64,000 bases of DNA from Gemmatimonadota bacterium (GTDB taxonomy: Bacteria > Gemmatimonadota > Gemmatimonadetes > Palauibacterales > Palauibacteraceae), in contig OZ220691.1 in NCBI GenBank assembly GCA_965116475.1, positions 1,856,001 to 1,920,000 of the forward strand, in the 5' to 3' direction. A program made the translations under genes and the position numbers. Positions 50,638 through 60,356 of the stretch are shown here, in pieces (within the stretch, counting starts at the first letter, position 1; every line of letters begins with the position of its first letter). The notes below the pieces were generated by a model. That model made no database searches. It saw only the letters and a list, made by a program, of their open reading frames with translations, and had not been told where the DNA came from.

Positions 50638-52692
50638 ATGTCCGCTGTGACGAAGGAACGCAACCACACCCGATTCACCGCGCGCCTCGCGACGATGCTC
50701 GCCGGAACGCTCGCCGGTACGATCGTCCTCGGGGGGCTGACCGCCTGCTCCTCCTATCGGTCGGCGCCGGCCGGCATGGCCGCCGCTCCCGCCGCCCCGG
50801 CCGCGGCGCCCACGGGGCTTCAGGCGAATCCGCCCACGCCGGACCCGCGCGTCGGGCTCGCGCCGGGCATGTTCGATGCGGGCGAGGCGATCTGGAACCT
50901 CAGCCTCGTGTCGGCGACGCCCCCGCCGGACCCGTTCGTGGGCCAGACGAACTCGGACCTCGCGTTCTCGGGCCCCTACGCGATCCAGGGGAACTACGAC
51001 GGCATCCAGATCTGGGACATCTCCGATCCGGCCAATCCGCAGACCGTCGTCACGTACGTCTGTCCCGCCTCGCAGAGCGATGTCTCGGTGTACGAGAACC
51101 TCCTCTTCGTCTCCGGCGAGGGGTTCGGCGGACGGCTGGACTGCGGTGATCAGGGGGTGGAGGAGGCCGTGAGCCACGACCGGCTGCGCGGCATCCGCAT
51201 CTTCGACATCTCCGACATCACCGCGCCCGAATACGTCGCCAACGTCCAGACCTGCCGCGGCTCGCACACGCACACGCTGCTGGAACACCCCGGGGACGAC
51301 GAGAACGTCTACATCTACGTGTCCGGCTCCGCCCCGGTCCGTCCGGCGGAGGAACTCGCCGGCTGCTCGGGCGGGCCACCGGCCGAGGATCCCAACACCG
51401 CCCTCTTCCGCATCGAAGTGATCCGCGTGCCGCTGGCGGACCCGGCGAGCGCCGAGATCGTGAGTTCGCCCCGCATCTTCGAGGACCTGGTCGCCCCGCC
51501 GACGCACGGCCCGGCCCCCGACGACCTCGCGGCGCTCGAGGCGGCCCGGGCGCGCGGCGCCTTCATCATCGAGGTGCAGGGGCAGGAGATCGTACTGCCC
51601 GAACCGGCCGCCCAGGGGATGCTCGGACAGATCGTAGCCCAGCGCGGGGGCGAAGGCCCGCCCACCGCGGCCGACAGCGCGGAGCTGCGCGAGGCGCTGC
51701 CCATGATCGTGGCGCAGATGATGGGGCAGCAGGGCGGGGAGGGCGACGGCCCGGCGCCCGGCCCGACCCAGTGCCACGATATCACCGTGTATCCGGCCAT
51801 CGGGCTCGCCGGCGGGGCGTGCGAGGGCTACGGCATGCTCCTCGACATCAGCGACCCGGAGGCCCCGAGGCGGCTCTCCGCCGTGTCCGACTCCAACTTC
51901 TCCTACTGGCATTCGGCCACCTTCAACAACGACGGCACCGCCATCCTGTTCACGGACGAATGGGGCGGCGGCGGCCAGCCGAAGTGCCGGGCCTCGGACC
52001 CGATGGAGTGGGGCGCGAATGCGATCTTCACCATCGAGGGGACGGAGATGGAGTTCCAGAGCTACTTCAAGCTCCCGGCTCCGCAGACGCCCGAGGAGAA
52101 CTGCGTGGCCCACAACGGGTCGCTGATCCCGATCCCGGGCCGCGACATCATGATCCAGGGCTGGTACCAGGGCGGGATCTCCCTCATCGACTGGACCGAC
52201 CCGACGGATCCGGTCGAGATCGCCTACTTCGACCGCGGCCCGGTGAACGGGGAAGTGATGGAGAACGGCGGCAGCTGGTCCGTCTACTGGTACAACGGCG
52301 TCATCGTGAACTCGGAGATCGCCCGCGGCCTCGACATCCTCGAACTCGTGCCGAGCGAAGCGCTCACCCAGAACGAGATCGACGCGGCGAACTCCGTGCA
52401 GTTGACGCACCTGAACTCGCAGGGGCAGCCCATCTTCGAGTGGCCCGCGACGTTCGCGCTCGCGAGGGCCTACCTGGACCAGTTGGAGCGGCACGGCGGG
52501 CTCGCCGCCGCCAGGATCGACCGTATCCGGAGCGGACTGGCCGAAGCCGAGGAGATGACGGGATCCGCCCGCGCCGACGCGCTCCGCTCGCTGGCCGACG
52601 CCGCATCCCGTAGCGCCGCCGGGGCGGGAGACGCCGCGAAGGTCCGCATGCTGGCCGATGCCGTCACGTCCCTCGCCGACGCAGGCATGTAG
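50638..52692 (+). CDS. LVIVD-repeat lipoprotein
   Basis: LTAC lipobox, NSDLAF, IWDISDP repeats, CRGSHTHT, CHDITV, YWHSATF, CVAHNGS. Confidence 0.85.
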   Translation: MSAVTKERNHTRFTARLATMLAGTLAGTIVLGGLTACSSYRSAPAGMAAAPAAPAAAPTGLQANPPTPDPRVGLAPGMFDAGEAIWNLSLVSATPPPDPFVGQTNSDLAFSGPYAIQGNYDGIQIWDISDPANPQTVVTYVCPASQSDVSVYENLLFVSGEGFGGRLDCGDQGVEEAVSHDRLRGIRIFDISDITAPEYVANVQTCRGSHTHTLLEHPGDDENVYIYVSGSAPVRPAEELAGCSGGPPAEDPNTALFRIEVIRVPLADPASAEIVSSPRIFEDLVAPPTHGPAPDDLAALEAARARGAFIIEVQGQEIVLPEPAAQGMLGQIVAQRGGEGPPTAADSAELREALPMIVAQMMGQQGGEGDGPAPGPTQCHDITVYPAIGLAGGACEGYGMLLDISDPEAPRRLSAVSDSNFSYWHSATFNNDGTAILFTDEWGGGGQPKCRASDPMEWGANAIFTIEGTEMEFQSYFKLPAPQTPEENCVAHNGSLIPIPGRDIMIQGWYQGGISLIDWTDPTDPVEIAYFDRGPVNGEVMENGGSWSVYWYNGVIVNSEIARGLDILELVPSEALTQNEIDAANSVQLTHLNSQGQPIFEWPATFALARAYLDQLERHGGLAAARIDRIRSGLAEAEEMTGSARADALRSLADAASRSAAGAGDAAKVRMLADAVTSLADAGM

Positions 52693-52728
52693 GGAACGCG
52701 GTCAGGGACGCCCGGCGCGGTCCGGGAC

Positions 52729-53091
52729 ATGCCCACGCTGATCGAAGCCCCGGCCGTCATCGAGGCGGCCGGGAACCGACCCAAGCGGATCGAGGAATAC
52801 GCCGGCCGCATCCGGACGGGACAGGCTGACGTCAGCGTAGCGCGCATGGTGGCGCCGTCCGGCTGGGTCGAGCCGGGTCAGCGCCCCGAGTTCGAGGAGA
52901 TCACCGTCGTGCTGAAGGGATCGCTGCATGTAGAGCACGCGGGCGGCGTCCTGGAGGTAGAGGCCGGCCAGGCGGTTGTGACGCAAGCGGGCGAATGGGT
53001 CCGCTACAGCACGCCGGGCCCCGAGGGAGCCGAGTACATCGCCATCTGTCTCCCCGCCTTCTCTCCCGACACCGTCCACCGCGACCCCTAG
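52729..53091 (+). CDS. Cupin domain protein
   Basis: EPGQRPEFEE..VVLKG, GEWVRYSTP, C.PAFSP..VHR. Confidence 0.8.
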   Translation: MPTLIEAPAVIEAAGNRPKRIEEYAGRIRTGQADVSVARMVAPSGWVEPGQRPEFEEITVVLKGSLHVEHAGGVLEVEAGQAVVTQAGEWVRYSTPGPEGAEYIAICLPAFSPDTVHRDP

Positions 53092-53939
53092 GCCGCGAAG
53101 CCCTCCCAGCGGACGTCGGGTACGGACTCGAATCGTTTTGCCATCACCTCGAGGGCTTCGGGGTTGTCGTCGACGAGGGTGAAGTCGCGTCCCAGTTGGT
53201 GGGCGGCCATGCCGGTCGTGCCGCTGCCGGCGAAGAAGTCGAGCACGAGGTCGCCGGGGTTCGATGATGCCGTGATGATGCGGCGCAGGATGCCGAGCGG
53301 TTTCTGGGTCGGGTAGCCCGTCCGCTCGGCGCCGCTGGTGGGGACGATCGTGTGCCACCAGGTGTCGGTGGGCAGCTTGCCGCGCGCGGCCTTCTCCGGT
53401 CCCACCAGTCCCGGCGCCATGTACGGGATGCGCTCGATCTCGTCCACGTTGAACACGTAGTTCGACAGGTCCTTCACGTAGAAGAGGATGTTGTCGTGCT
53501 TCGCGGGCCACCGCGTCCTCGGGCGCGCGCCGTAGTCGTACGCCCAGATGATCTCGTTCAGGAGGTGGTCGGGGCCGAACAGGTCGTCGAGGAAGAACCG
53601 GCAGTGATGCACTTCCCGATAATCGACGTGGAGGTAGAACGACCCGTGCGGGGCGAGGACGCGATACGCTTCGACGAGCCGGGGGCCGAGGAACGCGAGG
53701 TAGTCGTCGAACCGGTCCGCGAAACGCCGCGTGCCGAGAACGGTCGTTTCGTAGCGCTCGCCCTGGAAGCCCGTCCGGTCGCCTTCCGCTCCGCCCGAGG
53801 CGCGATGGGTTCGGATCCGGGTACGCCGCTGCGTCTTGCCGGTGTTGAAGGGGGGATCGATGTAGATGAGATCCGCGTGGCCGTCCGGCAGGTCCCGGAG
53901 CACGTCGAGGTTGTCCGCAAGGATGATCCTGGGCATCAC
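53088..53939 (-). CDS. Orphan N6-adenine/N4-cytosine DNA methyltransferase (beta class)
   Basis: DPPF catalytic motif precedes DFFAGSGTT; YPTQKP. Confidence 0.9.
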   Translation of the reverse strand: MMPRIILADNLDVLRDLPDGHADLIYIDPPFNTGKTQRRTRIRTHRASGGAEGDRTGFQGERYETTVLGTRRFADRFDDYLAFLGPRLVEAYRVLAPHGSFYLHVDYREVHHCRFFLDDLFGPDHLLNEIIWAYDYGARPRTRWPAKHDNILFYVKDLSNYVFNVDEIERIPYMAPGLVGPEKAARGKLPTDTWWHTIVPTSGAERTGYPTQKPLGILRRIITASSNPGDLVLDFFAGSGTTGMAAHQLGRDFTLVDDNPEALEVMAKRFESVPDVRWEGFAA

Positions 53940-54173
53940 ATCTCCCGTCGCGGTGTCGCCCGCGCGCAGTGGCGGGCGTCGGGGCTCCCGAAGCTAGAGC
54001 CACCTTGCGGGCTGCTCAACGCGGGCAAGCGAAGTGACGCCCATTGCCGGCTCGCCGTCTGGATACCACGATCAACCCCCGTTGGATCGTTCGCTCGAAT
54101 CGCGGCCTGACCGCCTCTGGGTCGGGTCGCTCACAACGCTGGACACGCGCCGGCCGACGGCGCCGCACCGGAG

Positions 54174-55442
54174 ATGCCAATGGAATACGATCCCACCCTC
54201 CCCTGGTACCGACGCCTTCACTGGCAGGTGCTGGCCGCCATGGGCCTTGGTCTGCTCACCGGCTGGGCCTTCGGGGCGCCGGCGGCCGAGAACATTGGCT
54301 GGATCGGCGAGCTGTTCATGAAGTTGCTCCGGATGATCATCGTGCCGCTCGTGCTCACCTCAATCGTGTCCGGGGTCGCGTCCGTCGGCGGGGGGAGGGC
54401 GATCGGGCGCCTGTTCGGCAAGACGATGGGTTACTACGTCGTCTCCAGCATGCTGGCGGCGCTGACCGGGCTGCTGATGGTGAACCTCATCCGGCCGGGC
54501 GTGAACGCCGACATGGGCGCGGCGGCGCAACAGGAGGTCCCGGAACTCAGCACGCCGGACTCCGCCGTCGATCTCATCCTCGACATCGTCCCGAACAACT
54601 TCTTCGCCGCCGCCTCGGCCGGCGACATGCTGGCGATCATCTTCTTCTGCATCGTCTTCGGCGCGGCGATCACGGGGCTGCCGGAGAAGCCCCGTGTGGT
54701 CGTCACCGACATCTTCAACGCCTTCTTCCAGGCGATGATGGCGCTCACGTCGGGGATCATAAAGTTCCTCCCCATCGGCGTGTTTGCGCTCATCACCAAG
54801 ATGGTGGGGGAGACCGGCTTCGACCGCTTTGCGGCGCTCGCGAAGTACTTCGCCACGATCGGGTCGGGCCTCACGATCCACCTCTTCATCACGATGCCGC
54901 TCCTGCTCATCGTGCTGGGCCGGATCAAGCCGCTGGTCCACTTCGCGAACCTGCGGGAGCCGCTCCTGACCGCGTTCTCGACGAGTTCGTCGGGCGCGAC
55001 CCTCCCGGTCACGATCAAGACGCTGCGCGAGAAGGTCGGCGTCTCGAACAAGGTCTCGTCATTCGTGCTCCCGATGGGCGCCACCGTGAACATGGACGGC
55101 ACGGCGATCTTCGAGTGCGCCGGCGCCCTGTTCATCGCGCAGGTACTCGGGGTCGACCTGAGTATCGGCCAGCAGGCGATCGTCGTCCTCACCGCGCTCC
55201 TCGCCTCGATCGGCGCGGCCGCGGTGCCCTCGGCCGGCGTGGTCGTGATCTTCATCGTGCTCAACGCGATCGGCCTCGGCGACAACCCGGAGGCGATCAC
55301 GATCGTGGGCGCGATGCTCGCCATCGACCGGCCGCTCGACATGTACCGCACCGCGGTCAACGTGTTCAGCGACTCGTGCGGCGCCGCGATCATCGCCCGC
55401 TCCGAAGGGGAGGAGGGAGTAGACACCGAAGTCCGCCACTGA
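54174..55442 (+). CDS. Dicarboxylate/amino acid:cation symporter (DAACS, GltP/GltT-like)
   Basis: AFSTSSSGATLP, GATVNMDGTA, DRPLDMYRTAVNV. Confidence 0.92.
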   Translation: MPMEYDPTLPWYRRLHWQVLAAMGLGLLTGWAFGAPAAENIGWIGELFMKLLRMIIVPLVLTSIVSGVASVGGGRAIGRLFGKTMGYYVVSSMLAALTGLLMVNLIRPGVNADMGAAAQQEVPELSTPDSAVDLILDIVPNNFFAAASAGDMLAIIFFCIVFGAAITGLPEKPRVVVTDIFNAFFQAMMALTSGIIKFLPIGVFALITKMVGETGFDRFAALAKYFATIGSGLTIHLFITMPLLLIVLGRIKPLVHFANLREPLLTAFSTSSSGATLPVTIKTLREKVGVSNKVSSFVLPMGATVNMDGTAIFECAGALFIAQVLGVDLSIGQQAIVVLTALLASIGAAAVPSAGVVVIFIVLNAIGLGDNPEAITIVGAMLAIDRPLDMYRTAVNVFSDSCGAAIIARSEGEEGVDTEVRH

Positions 55443-55458
55443 CGATGGTGCGAGACCG

Positions 55459-55494
55459 ACGCGGGGGGGCGGGGAGCCAAGCGGCCCCCCGCGT
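55459..55494. terminator. GC-rich hairpin between convergent genes
   Basis: ACGCGGGGGG...CCCCCCGCGT stem; no U-tract. Confidence 0.4.
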
Positions 55495-55496
55495 GG

Positions 55497-56051
55497 TCAC
55501 CTCGGTTTCAACCCGTTCAGAATGGTGGCTTGCGTCCCGCGCTTCGTCTGGATGTCGATCGCACCGTTTGCGGCGCGCGGCCCGTACAGCATCGTCGCGG
55601 CGGCCCCCTTCACGACTTCCACGTGGTCTATGTCCAGGGCCTCGACGCCGGAGATGTGGAAGTCCTCCGGTTGCACGACCCCGTCGATCACGATCAGCGG
55701 CGGGACCGAGCGGCAGTCGGTGCTGATCGAAGTGGACCCGCGCAGCATGACGGATTCGGGTTCTCCGGGCTCAACGCGCCAGACGCCGGGAGTCTTCACC
55801 GGCGGATCCGCTGTCTCGCCACCCGCACGCGGGGCATCGATCGCTGCCACCGGGGGCTCGCCCGCCTCAGGTGGCTCTGCTGCCGCAGGGGGTTCAGCCG
55901 AGACCGAGAGCTGAGGTGGCTTCTCGACCCCGAAGTCCGGTGCGAAAGGCGACTCCACACGGTCGCACCCGACGCTCGCCAGAACGCTCGCCATCAGCAT
56001 GGCGGTGGCCGCCGGGTTTCCGCGTTCGACTCTGCTCTGACCGAAAAGCAT
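55497..56051 (-). CDS. Small lipoprotein with a SusC-type TonB plug domain only
   Basis: AGGAGG RBS, SVGC lipobox, Pro/Ala linker, PLIVIDGV...IDHVEVVKGAAATMLYG.RAANGAI.I.TK. Confidence 0.75.
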   Translation of the reverse strand: MLFGQSRVERGNPAATAMLMASVLASVGCDRVESPFAPDFGVEKPPQLSVSAEPPAAAEPPEAGEPPVAAIDAPRAGGETADPPVKTPGVWRVEPGEPESVMLRGSTSISTDCRSVPPLIVIDGVVQPEDFHISGVEALDIDHVEVVKGAAATMLYGPRAANGAIDIQTKRGTQATILNGLKPR

Positions 56052-56252
56052 GAGCGCTTCCTCCTGTGCACCGTTCTCCCGCCGTCCCACGTGCTAAACG
56101 TCCGGCCTGGGCGCGCTGCGACAGTTCGGCGGCCTCCACCGACTTCATTTCGGCTTGCGCGCCGCAGATCCGGGATCGAACGTGACTACCTGTTGGGTAG
56201 CCGGTCGAAGTGCGGTGCGGCGGCTGCCAGGGACGGAGCGGGAGGTCTCGCC

Positions 56253-57710
56253 ATGCCTGATCGCAGGGAGTTTCTGAGCCTGGCCGGCATCGGCGGGGGC
56301 GGTGCGCTGCTTGGGGCCTGCGCCGGCGGTGAAGCGGGGTTCGCGTCCGCCCGTGCGGGGAGCGAGGGGTTGGACCCGACGGCCCGCGCGCTGCTGGAGG
56401 AGTTGCGCGAGATTCCCGTCGACGACACGCACTGCCACCCGCTGACGTTCGACGACGCGCAGACGGATCCCGACGCGTTCGTCGAGCGGCTGGCGCTCTC
56501 CGCCTTCCCCATGGGCCGCTACTTCCCGGCCGGCGTCTACGGCCGCTGGCAGGCGGGTGATGCCACGGAGCGGGCGACGCTCGACGCCGAGTTCGACATC
56601 GCCGCCACGCGGGCCCGCGTCCTCGAGCAGGCCGGCGATACCGTCTTCCTCCGCTACCTCGTGAAGGAACTCGCCGCCTTCCTCGACTGCGAGGCGACCT
56701 TCGAGGCGGTGATCGAGGCCCGGAACGAGCGGGGCCGCGACTACGCGAGCTACCTCGGCGCCCTGTTCGCCGACGCGAACATCGAGAACGCGATGGTCGA
56801 CATGGGCTACCGGGAGGGGATGGACCAGGCGGGCGTGGACCGCTTCAAGGACGCGATAGCCCCGTCGCGCGGACGCCACATCCTGCGCGTGGACACGATC
56901 CTCGTCGGCCTTATGCGGGACGACCTCGACCTCGGGATCGACGAGATCGAGGCCGGGATGATGGCGGAGATCGAGGCGGGACTCGACGGCGACGGGAACC
57001 TCGGTGCCCCCTCGTACGGGATGAAGTCGTACCTGCTCCCCCGCCTGGGGCTGCTGAAGCCGCTCTTCGACCAGGCGGCGGCGCGCCGCTCCTGGGACGC
57101 GTTCCGGGCAAGGCGCGCGCGCGGCGACGTCCCGGCGGCGGATGCCCAGGACCGCGACGACTACTGGCAGCTCCAGAGCGAGGCGCTGCGCTACCTGCAC
57201 TCGCTCGCGCTCGAGGCGTGCCTGGAGCGCGACATGCCGATGCAGTTCCATGCGGGCGACGGCGAGGCCCCGCGCGGGATCATGCGCAACCAGGACCCGT
57301 TCCTCATGGAGGAGATGGTCCGTTTCGAGCGCGGCGGCGTGATGCGGATGCCGCAGGTCATCCTCATCCACGCGGGCTACCCGCTGATCGGGCGCGCGGC
57401 GTGGCTCACGCACCTGTACGCGAACTGCCACTTCGAACTGTCGCTCGCCGCGCCCCTCATCCACCACGGCATGCTGCGCATGTTCCTCGAGGTGATGGAG
57501 GTCGTCCCCCTCTCCAAGATCCTGTTCGGGAGCGACGCCTATCACCTGCCGGAGTTCTACTGGCTCGCGGCCAAGTGGGGCCGGCGGTTCCTGGCTCAGG
57601 CGCTGGGGATCTACGTCGACGCCGGCATCCTGACCCGCGACGAGGCCGTGGCGGCCGCGCGCATGATCCTGCACGAGAACAACCGCCGCCTCTACCACCT
57701 CGCCGATTGA
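56253..57710 (+). CDS. Tat-exported amidohydrolase_2 (FluG N-terminal-like)
   Basis: GGAGG RBS, DRREFL Tat motif, LGAC, DTHCH, QFHAG, LIHAGYP, KILFGSDA. Confidence 0.82.
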   Translation: MPDRREFLSLAGIGGGGALLGACAGGEAGFASARAGSEGLDPTARALLEELREIPVDDTHCHPLTFDDAQTDPDAFVERLALSAFPMGRYFPAGVYGRWQAGDATERATLDAEFDIAATRARVLEQAGDTVFLRYLVKELAAFLDCEATFEAVIEARNERGRDYASYLGALFADANIENAMVDMGYREGMDQAGVDRFKDAIAPSRGRHILRVDTILVGLMRDDLDLGIDEIEAGMMAEIEAGLDGDGNLGAPSYGMKSYLLPRLGLLKPLFDQAAARRSWDAFRARRARGDVPAADAQDRDDYWQLQSEALRYLHSLALEACLERDMPMQFHAGDGEAPRGIMRNQDPFLMEEMVRFERGGVMRMPQVILIHAGYPLIGRAAWLTHLYANCHFELSLAAPLIHHGMLRMFLEVMEVVPLSKILFGSDAYHLPEFYWLAAKWGRRFLAQALGIYVDAGILTRDEAVAAARMILHENNRRLYHLAD

Positions 57711-57760
57711 TTGGCGAAGCCGGAGGCCCTCTACCACACAGCCACAGCGCCGCCACCGCA

Positions 57761-57815
57761 GAATTGCAATTCCGATCACAAAAACGTTGCAAATCAGATC
57801 GCGTTACCGTTGCAA
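57761..57815. repeat. Three TTGCAA palindromes at 23-bp periodicity (the first within GAATTGCAATTC)
   Basis: TTGCAA starts at 57764, 57787 and 57810 in an AT-rich patch. Confidence 0.7.
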
Positions 57816-57829
57816 TACCGTGTACGCAG

Positions 57830-57967
57830 TTGCCGCGATTCGCGCAGCGGGTGGACGCGGACCGGTGCGGAGAGCCGGCTGCCCTTTGCATTATCGTCCA
57901 CGATGGCTACGCATACGAACGTGAGGACGGTGTTGCCGTAATCCCGATCGCGGCCCTCGGACCGTAG
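57830..57967 (+). pseudogene. C-terminal remnant of an AAA+ ATPase / DUF4143 protein
   Basis: RFAQRVDADRCGEPAALCIIVHDGYAYEREDGVAVIPIAALGP* resembles the family C-terminus; no start and no ATPase domain. Confidence 0.6.
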
Positions 57968-58059
57968 CGATCCGTGGCCGACAAACGGTGCAGGCCGCCA
58001 GCGGTCGCTTCCGCAACCGGACGGCGCGACCCCGCACCATCGAGTATGGAGAACGACCC

Positions 58060-59727
58060 ATGAAGACGACCGGCCGCGTGATTCGAAGCGCACTGGCCGC
58101 GCTCTCGGCGCTGATCCTTCTGGCCACCGCGGCGGAGGCCGTTCAGCCGATGCAGATGGTCGGGGCTCCGGACCGGGGCCCGGACGAGGGCGAGGGGCCC
58201 TACGACCGCCTCATCATCCGCGGCGCCACCGTGATCGACGGCACGGGCGCCCCCCCCATCGGGCCGATGGACATCGTCATCGAAGGCAACCGCATCGTCG
58301 ATGTCGTCGGCGTCGGCGTCCCGCAGCGGCCCATCGACGAGTCGCGCCGTCCCGGGCTCACGGTGGAAAGCAATCCCGACGCGGTTGTGCATGAGATCGA
58401 CGCCACGGGCATGTACGTCCTGCCGGGGTTCGTGGACCTCCACCTGCACACGGGCGGCGTCCCCAAGGCGCCGGAGGCGGAGTACACGTACAAGCTGTGG
58501 ATGGCGCACGGGATTACGACCGGCCGCGGCGTCGCCTTCGGCCCCCACGACTGGTCCGTGCAGGAGAAGGCGCGGAGCGCGGCGAACGAGATCGTGGCGC
58601 CCCGCATGTGGGTCTATCCCTTCACAGGCGCAGGCGGAGAGGGGTGGAGCGGCCGCCTGATCGACACCCCGGAGGACGCGCGCGACTGGGTCCGCTACGT
58701 GAAGGAGTCGGGGGGTGACGGGCTCAAGCTCAACTCGTTCCGCCCGGAGATCATGGAGGCGCTGCTGGACGAGGCGGCCCAGCTCGGCCTCGGGAGCACG
58801 GCCCACCTCGGCCAGATGGGCGTCGCGCAGATGAACGCGCTCGACGCCGCGCGCCTCGGCCTCGGCACCGTCACGCATTTCTACGGGCTGTTCGAGGCGC
58901 TGTACAAGGACCACGACGTCCAGCCGTGGCCGCCGGAGATGAACTACAACGACGAGCAGCACCGTTTCGGGCAGGTGCCCAGGCAGTGGAACCTCATCCA
59001 CGAGCGCGCGGGCCCCGAGTGGAACGCCTTCCTCGAGGAGATGCTGGCGCTCGACGTGACGCTCGACCCCACCATGACCGCCTACCAGGCGAGCTGGGAC
59101 GTGGACGACCAGATGTACGCGCCGTGGCACGAGACCTACACGCTGCCGACGCTGTGGGAGTTCTACGAGGCGAACCGCGAGGACCACGGCTCGTACTACT
59201 TCGACTGGACGACGTGGGAGGAGGTCGCGTGGCGCGACTTCCTCGAGGTGTGGCACGATCTGCTCAACGACTACAAGAACATGGGCGGCCGCGTCACCGC
59301 GAGTTCGGACGCGGGCTACATCTACAACCTCATGGGCTTCTCCACGATCCAGGAGATGGAACTTCTGCAGCACGCCGGGTTCCATCCGCTGGAGGTGATC
59401 CGCGCCGCGACCATGCACGCGGCCGAGACGCTGTTCAAGCCGACGGGCCGCCCCATCGAATTCGGCGTCGTGCGACGCGGCCTGCTGGCGGACCTCGTGA
59501 TCGTGGACGAGAACCCGATCCAGAACCTCAAAGTCCTGTACGGCACCGGGGCGCGGCGCCTGAACGACGAGACGGGCGAGGTGGAGACGGTCGGCGGCAT
59601 CCTGTACACGATCAAGGACGGCATCGTCTACGACGCGAAGCAACTCCTCGCCGATGTGGCGGAGATGGTCGAGGAACAGAAGCGCACCACGACCACCACC
59701 ACCGAAAACGGAGATTCGAATAGGTGA
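58060..59727 (+). CDS. Secreted amidohydrolase
   Basis: Signal peptide (AEA), PGFVDLHLH, TAH, VTH, SSD, LADLVIV..NP. Confidence 0.85.
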   Translation: MKTTGRVIRSALAALSALILLATAAEAVQPMQMVGAPDRGPDEGEGPYDRLIIRGATVIDGTGAPPIGPMDIVIEGNRIVDVVGVGVPQRPIDESRRPGLTVESNPDAVVHEIDATGMYVLPGFVDLHLHTGGVPKAPEAEYTYKLWMAHGITTGRGVAFGPHDWSVQEKARSAANEIVAPRMWVYPFTGAGGEGWSGRLIDTPEDARDWVRYVKESGGDGLKLNSFRPEIMEALLDEAAQLGLGSTAHLGQMGVAQMNALDAARLGLGTVTHFYGLFEALYKDHDVQPWPPEMNYNDEQHRFGQVPRQWNLIHERAGPEWNAFLEEMLALDVTLDPTMTAYQASWDVDDQMYAPWHETYTLPTLWEFYEANREDHGSYYFDWTTWEEVAWRDFLEVWHDLLNDYKNMGGRVTASSDAGYIYNLMGFSTIQEMELLQHAGFHPLEVIRAATMHAAETLFKPTGRPIEFGVVRRGLLADLVIVDENPIQNLKVLYGTGARRLNDETGEVETVGGILYTIKDGIVYDAKQLLADVAEMVEEQKRTTTTTTENGDSNR

Positions 59728-59743
59728 GTGAGAGAGATGAGAG

Positions 59744-60298
59744 ATGAGTGAGAGAAGCGAGACGGCGACGCTGGGCGGGGGGTGCTTCTGGTGCCTCGAG
59801 GCCGTGTATCAGCTCCTGGAGGGCGTGCACGGTGTGAAGTCGGGCTATGCCGGCGGGCACGCCGAGAACCCGACCTACGAACAGGTGTGTTCGGGGCGCA
59901 CCGGGCACGCGGAAGTCGTGCGCGTCACCTTCGATCCGGATGCGGTCTCGTTTGACGATCTGCTCGATGTGTTCTTCACGATCCACGATCCCACGACGTT
60001 GAACCGGCAGGGCGCGGATGTGGGAACGCAGTATCGCTCGGCGATCTTCCACGAGAGCGAGGCACAGAAGGAAGCGGCCGAGCGGAAGGTGGCCGAGATC
60101 ACGGCGGCCGGGATCTGGCCGGACCCCATCGTGACGGAGGTCGTCCCGCTGGAGATGTTCTACCCGGCCGAGGCGTACCACGACGACTACCTGAATCGGA
60201 ATCCGACCCAGCCGTACTGCCAGGCGGTCGTGGCGCCGAAGGTGGCGAAGTTCCGCCGCCAGCATTTGCAGCGTCTGAAGCGCGGAGCGGGCGTCTGA
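59744..60298 (+). CDS. msrA: Peptide methionine sulfoxide reductase A
   Basis: GGGCFWC, NPTYEQVC, TGHAEVV, DPT..NRQG.D.GTQYRS. Confidence 0.96.
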   Translation: MSERSETATLGGGCFWCLEAVYQLLEGVHGVKSGYAGGHAENPTYEQVCSGRTGHAEVVRVTFDPDAVSFDDLLDVFFTIHDPTTLNRQGADVGTQYRSAIFHESEAQKEAAERKVAEITAAGIWPDPIVTEVVPLEMFYPAEAYHDDYLNRNPTQPYCQAVVAPKVAKFRRQHLQRLKRGAGV

Positions 60299-60356
60299 CC
60301 GAGACCGCTGCGCTGTCTGGACGGCGCGGGCTCCCGGGGCGGCCGCGGGTCGCCGG

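Noticed and set aside
59722..59760. GA-rich repeats before msrA
   Set aside because: Purine-rich RBS region with duplicated GAGAGAT; no further signal.
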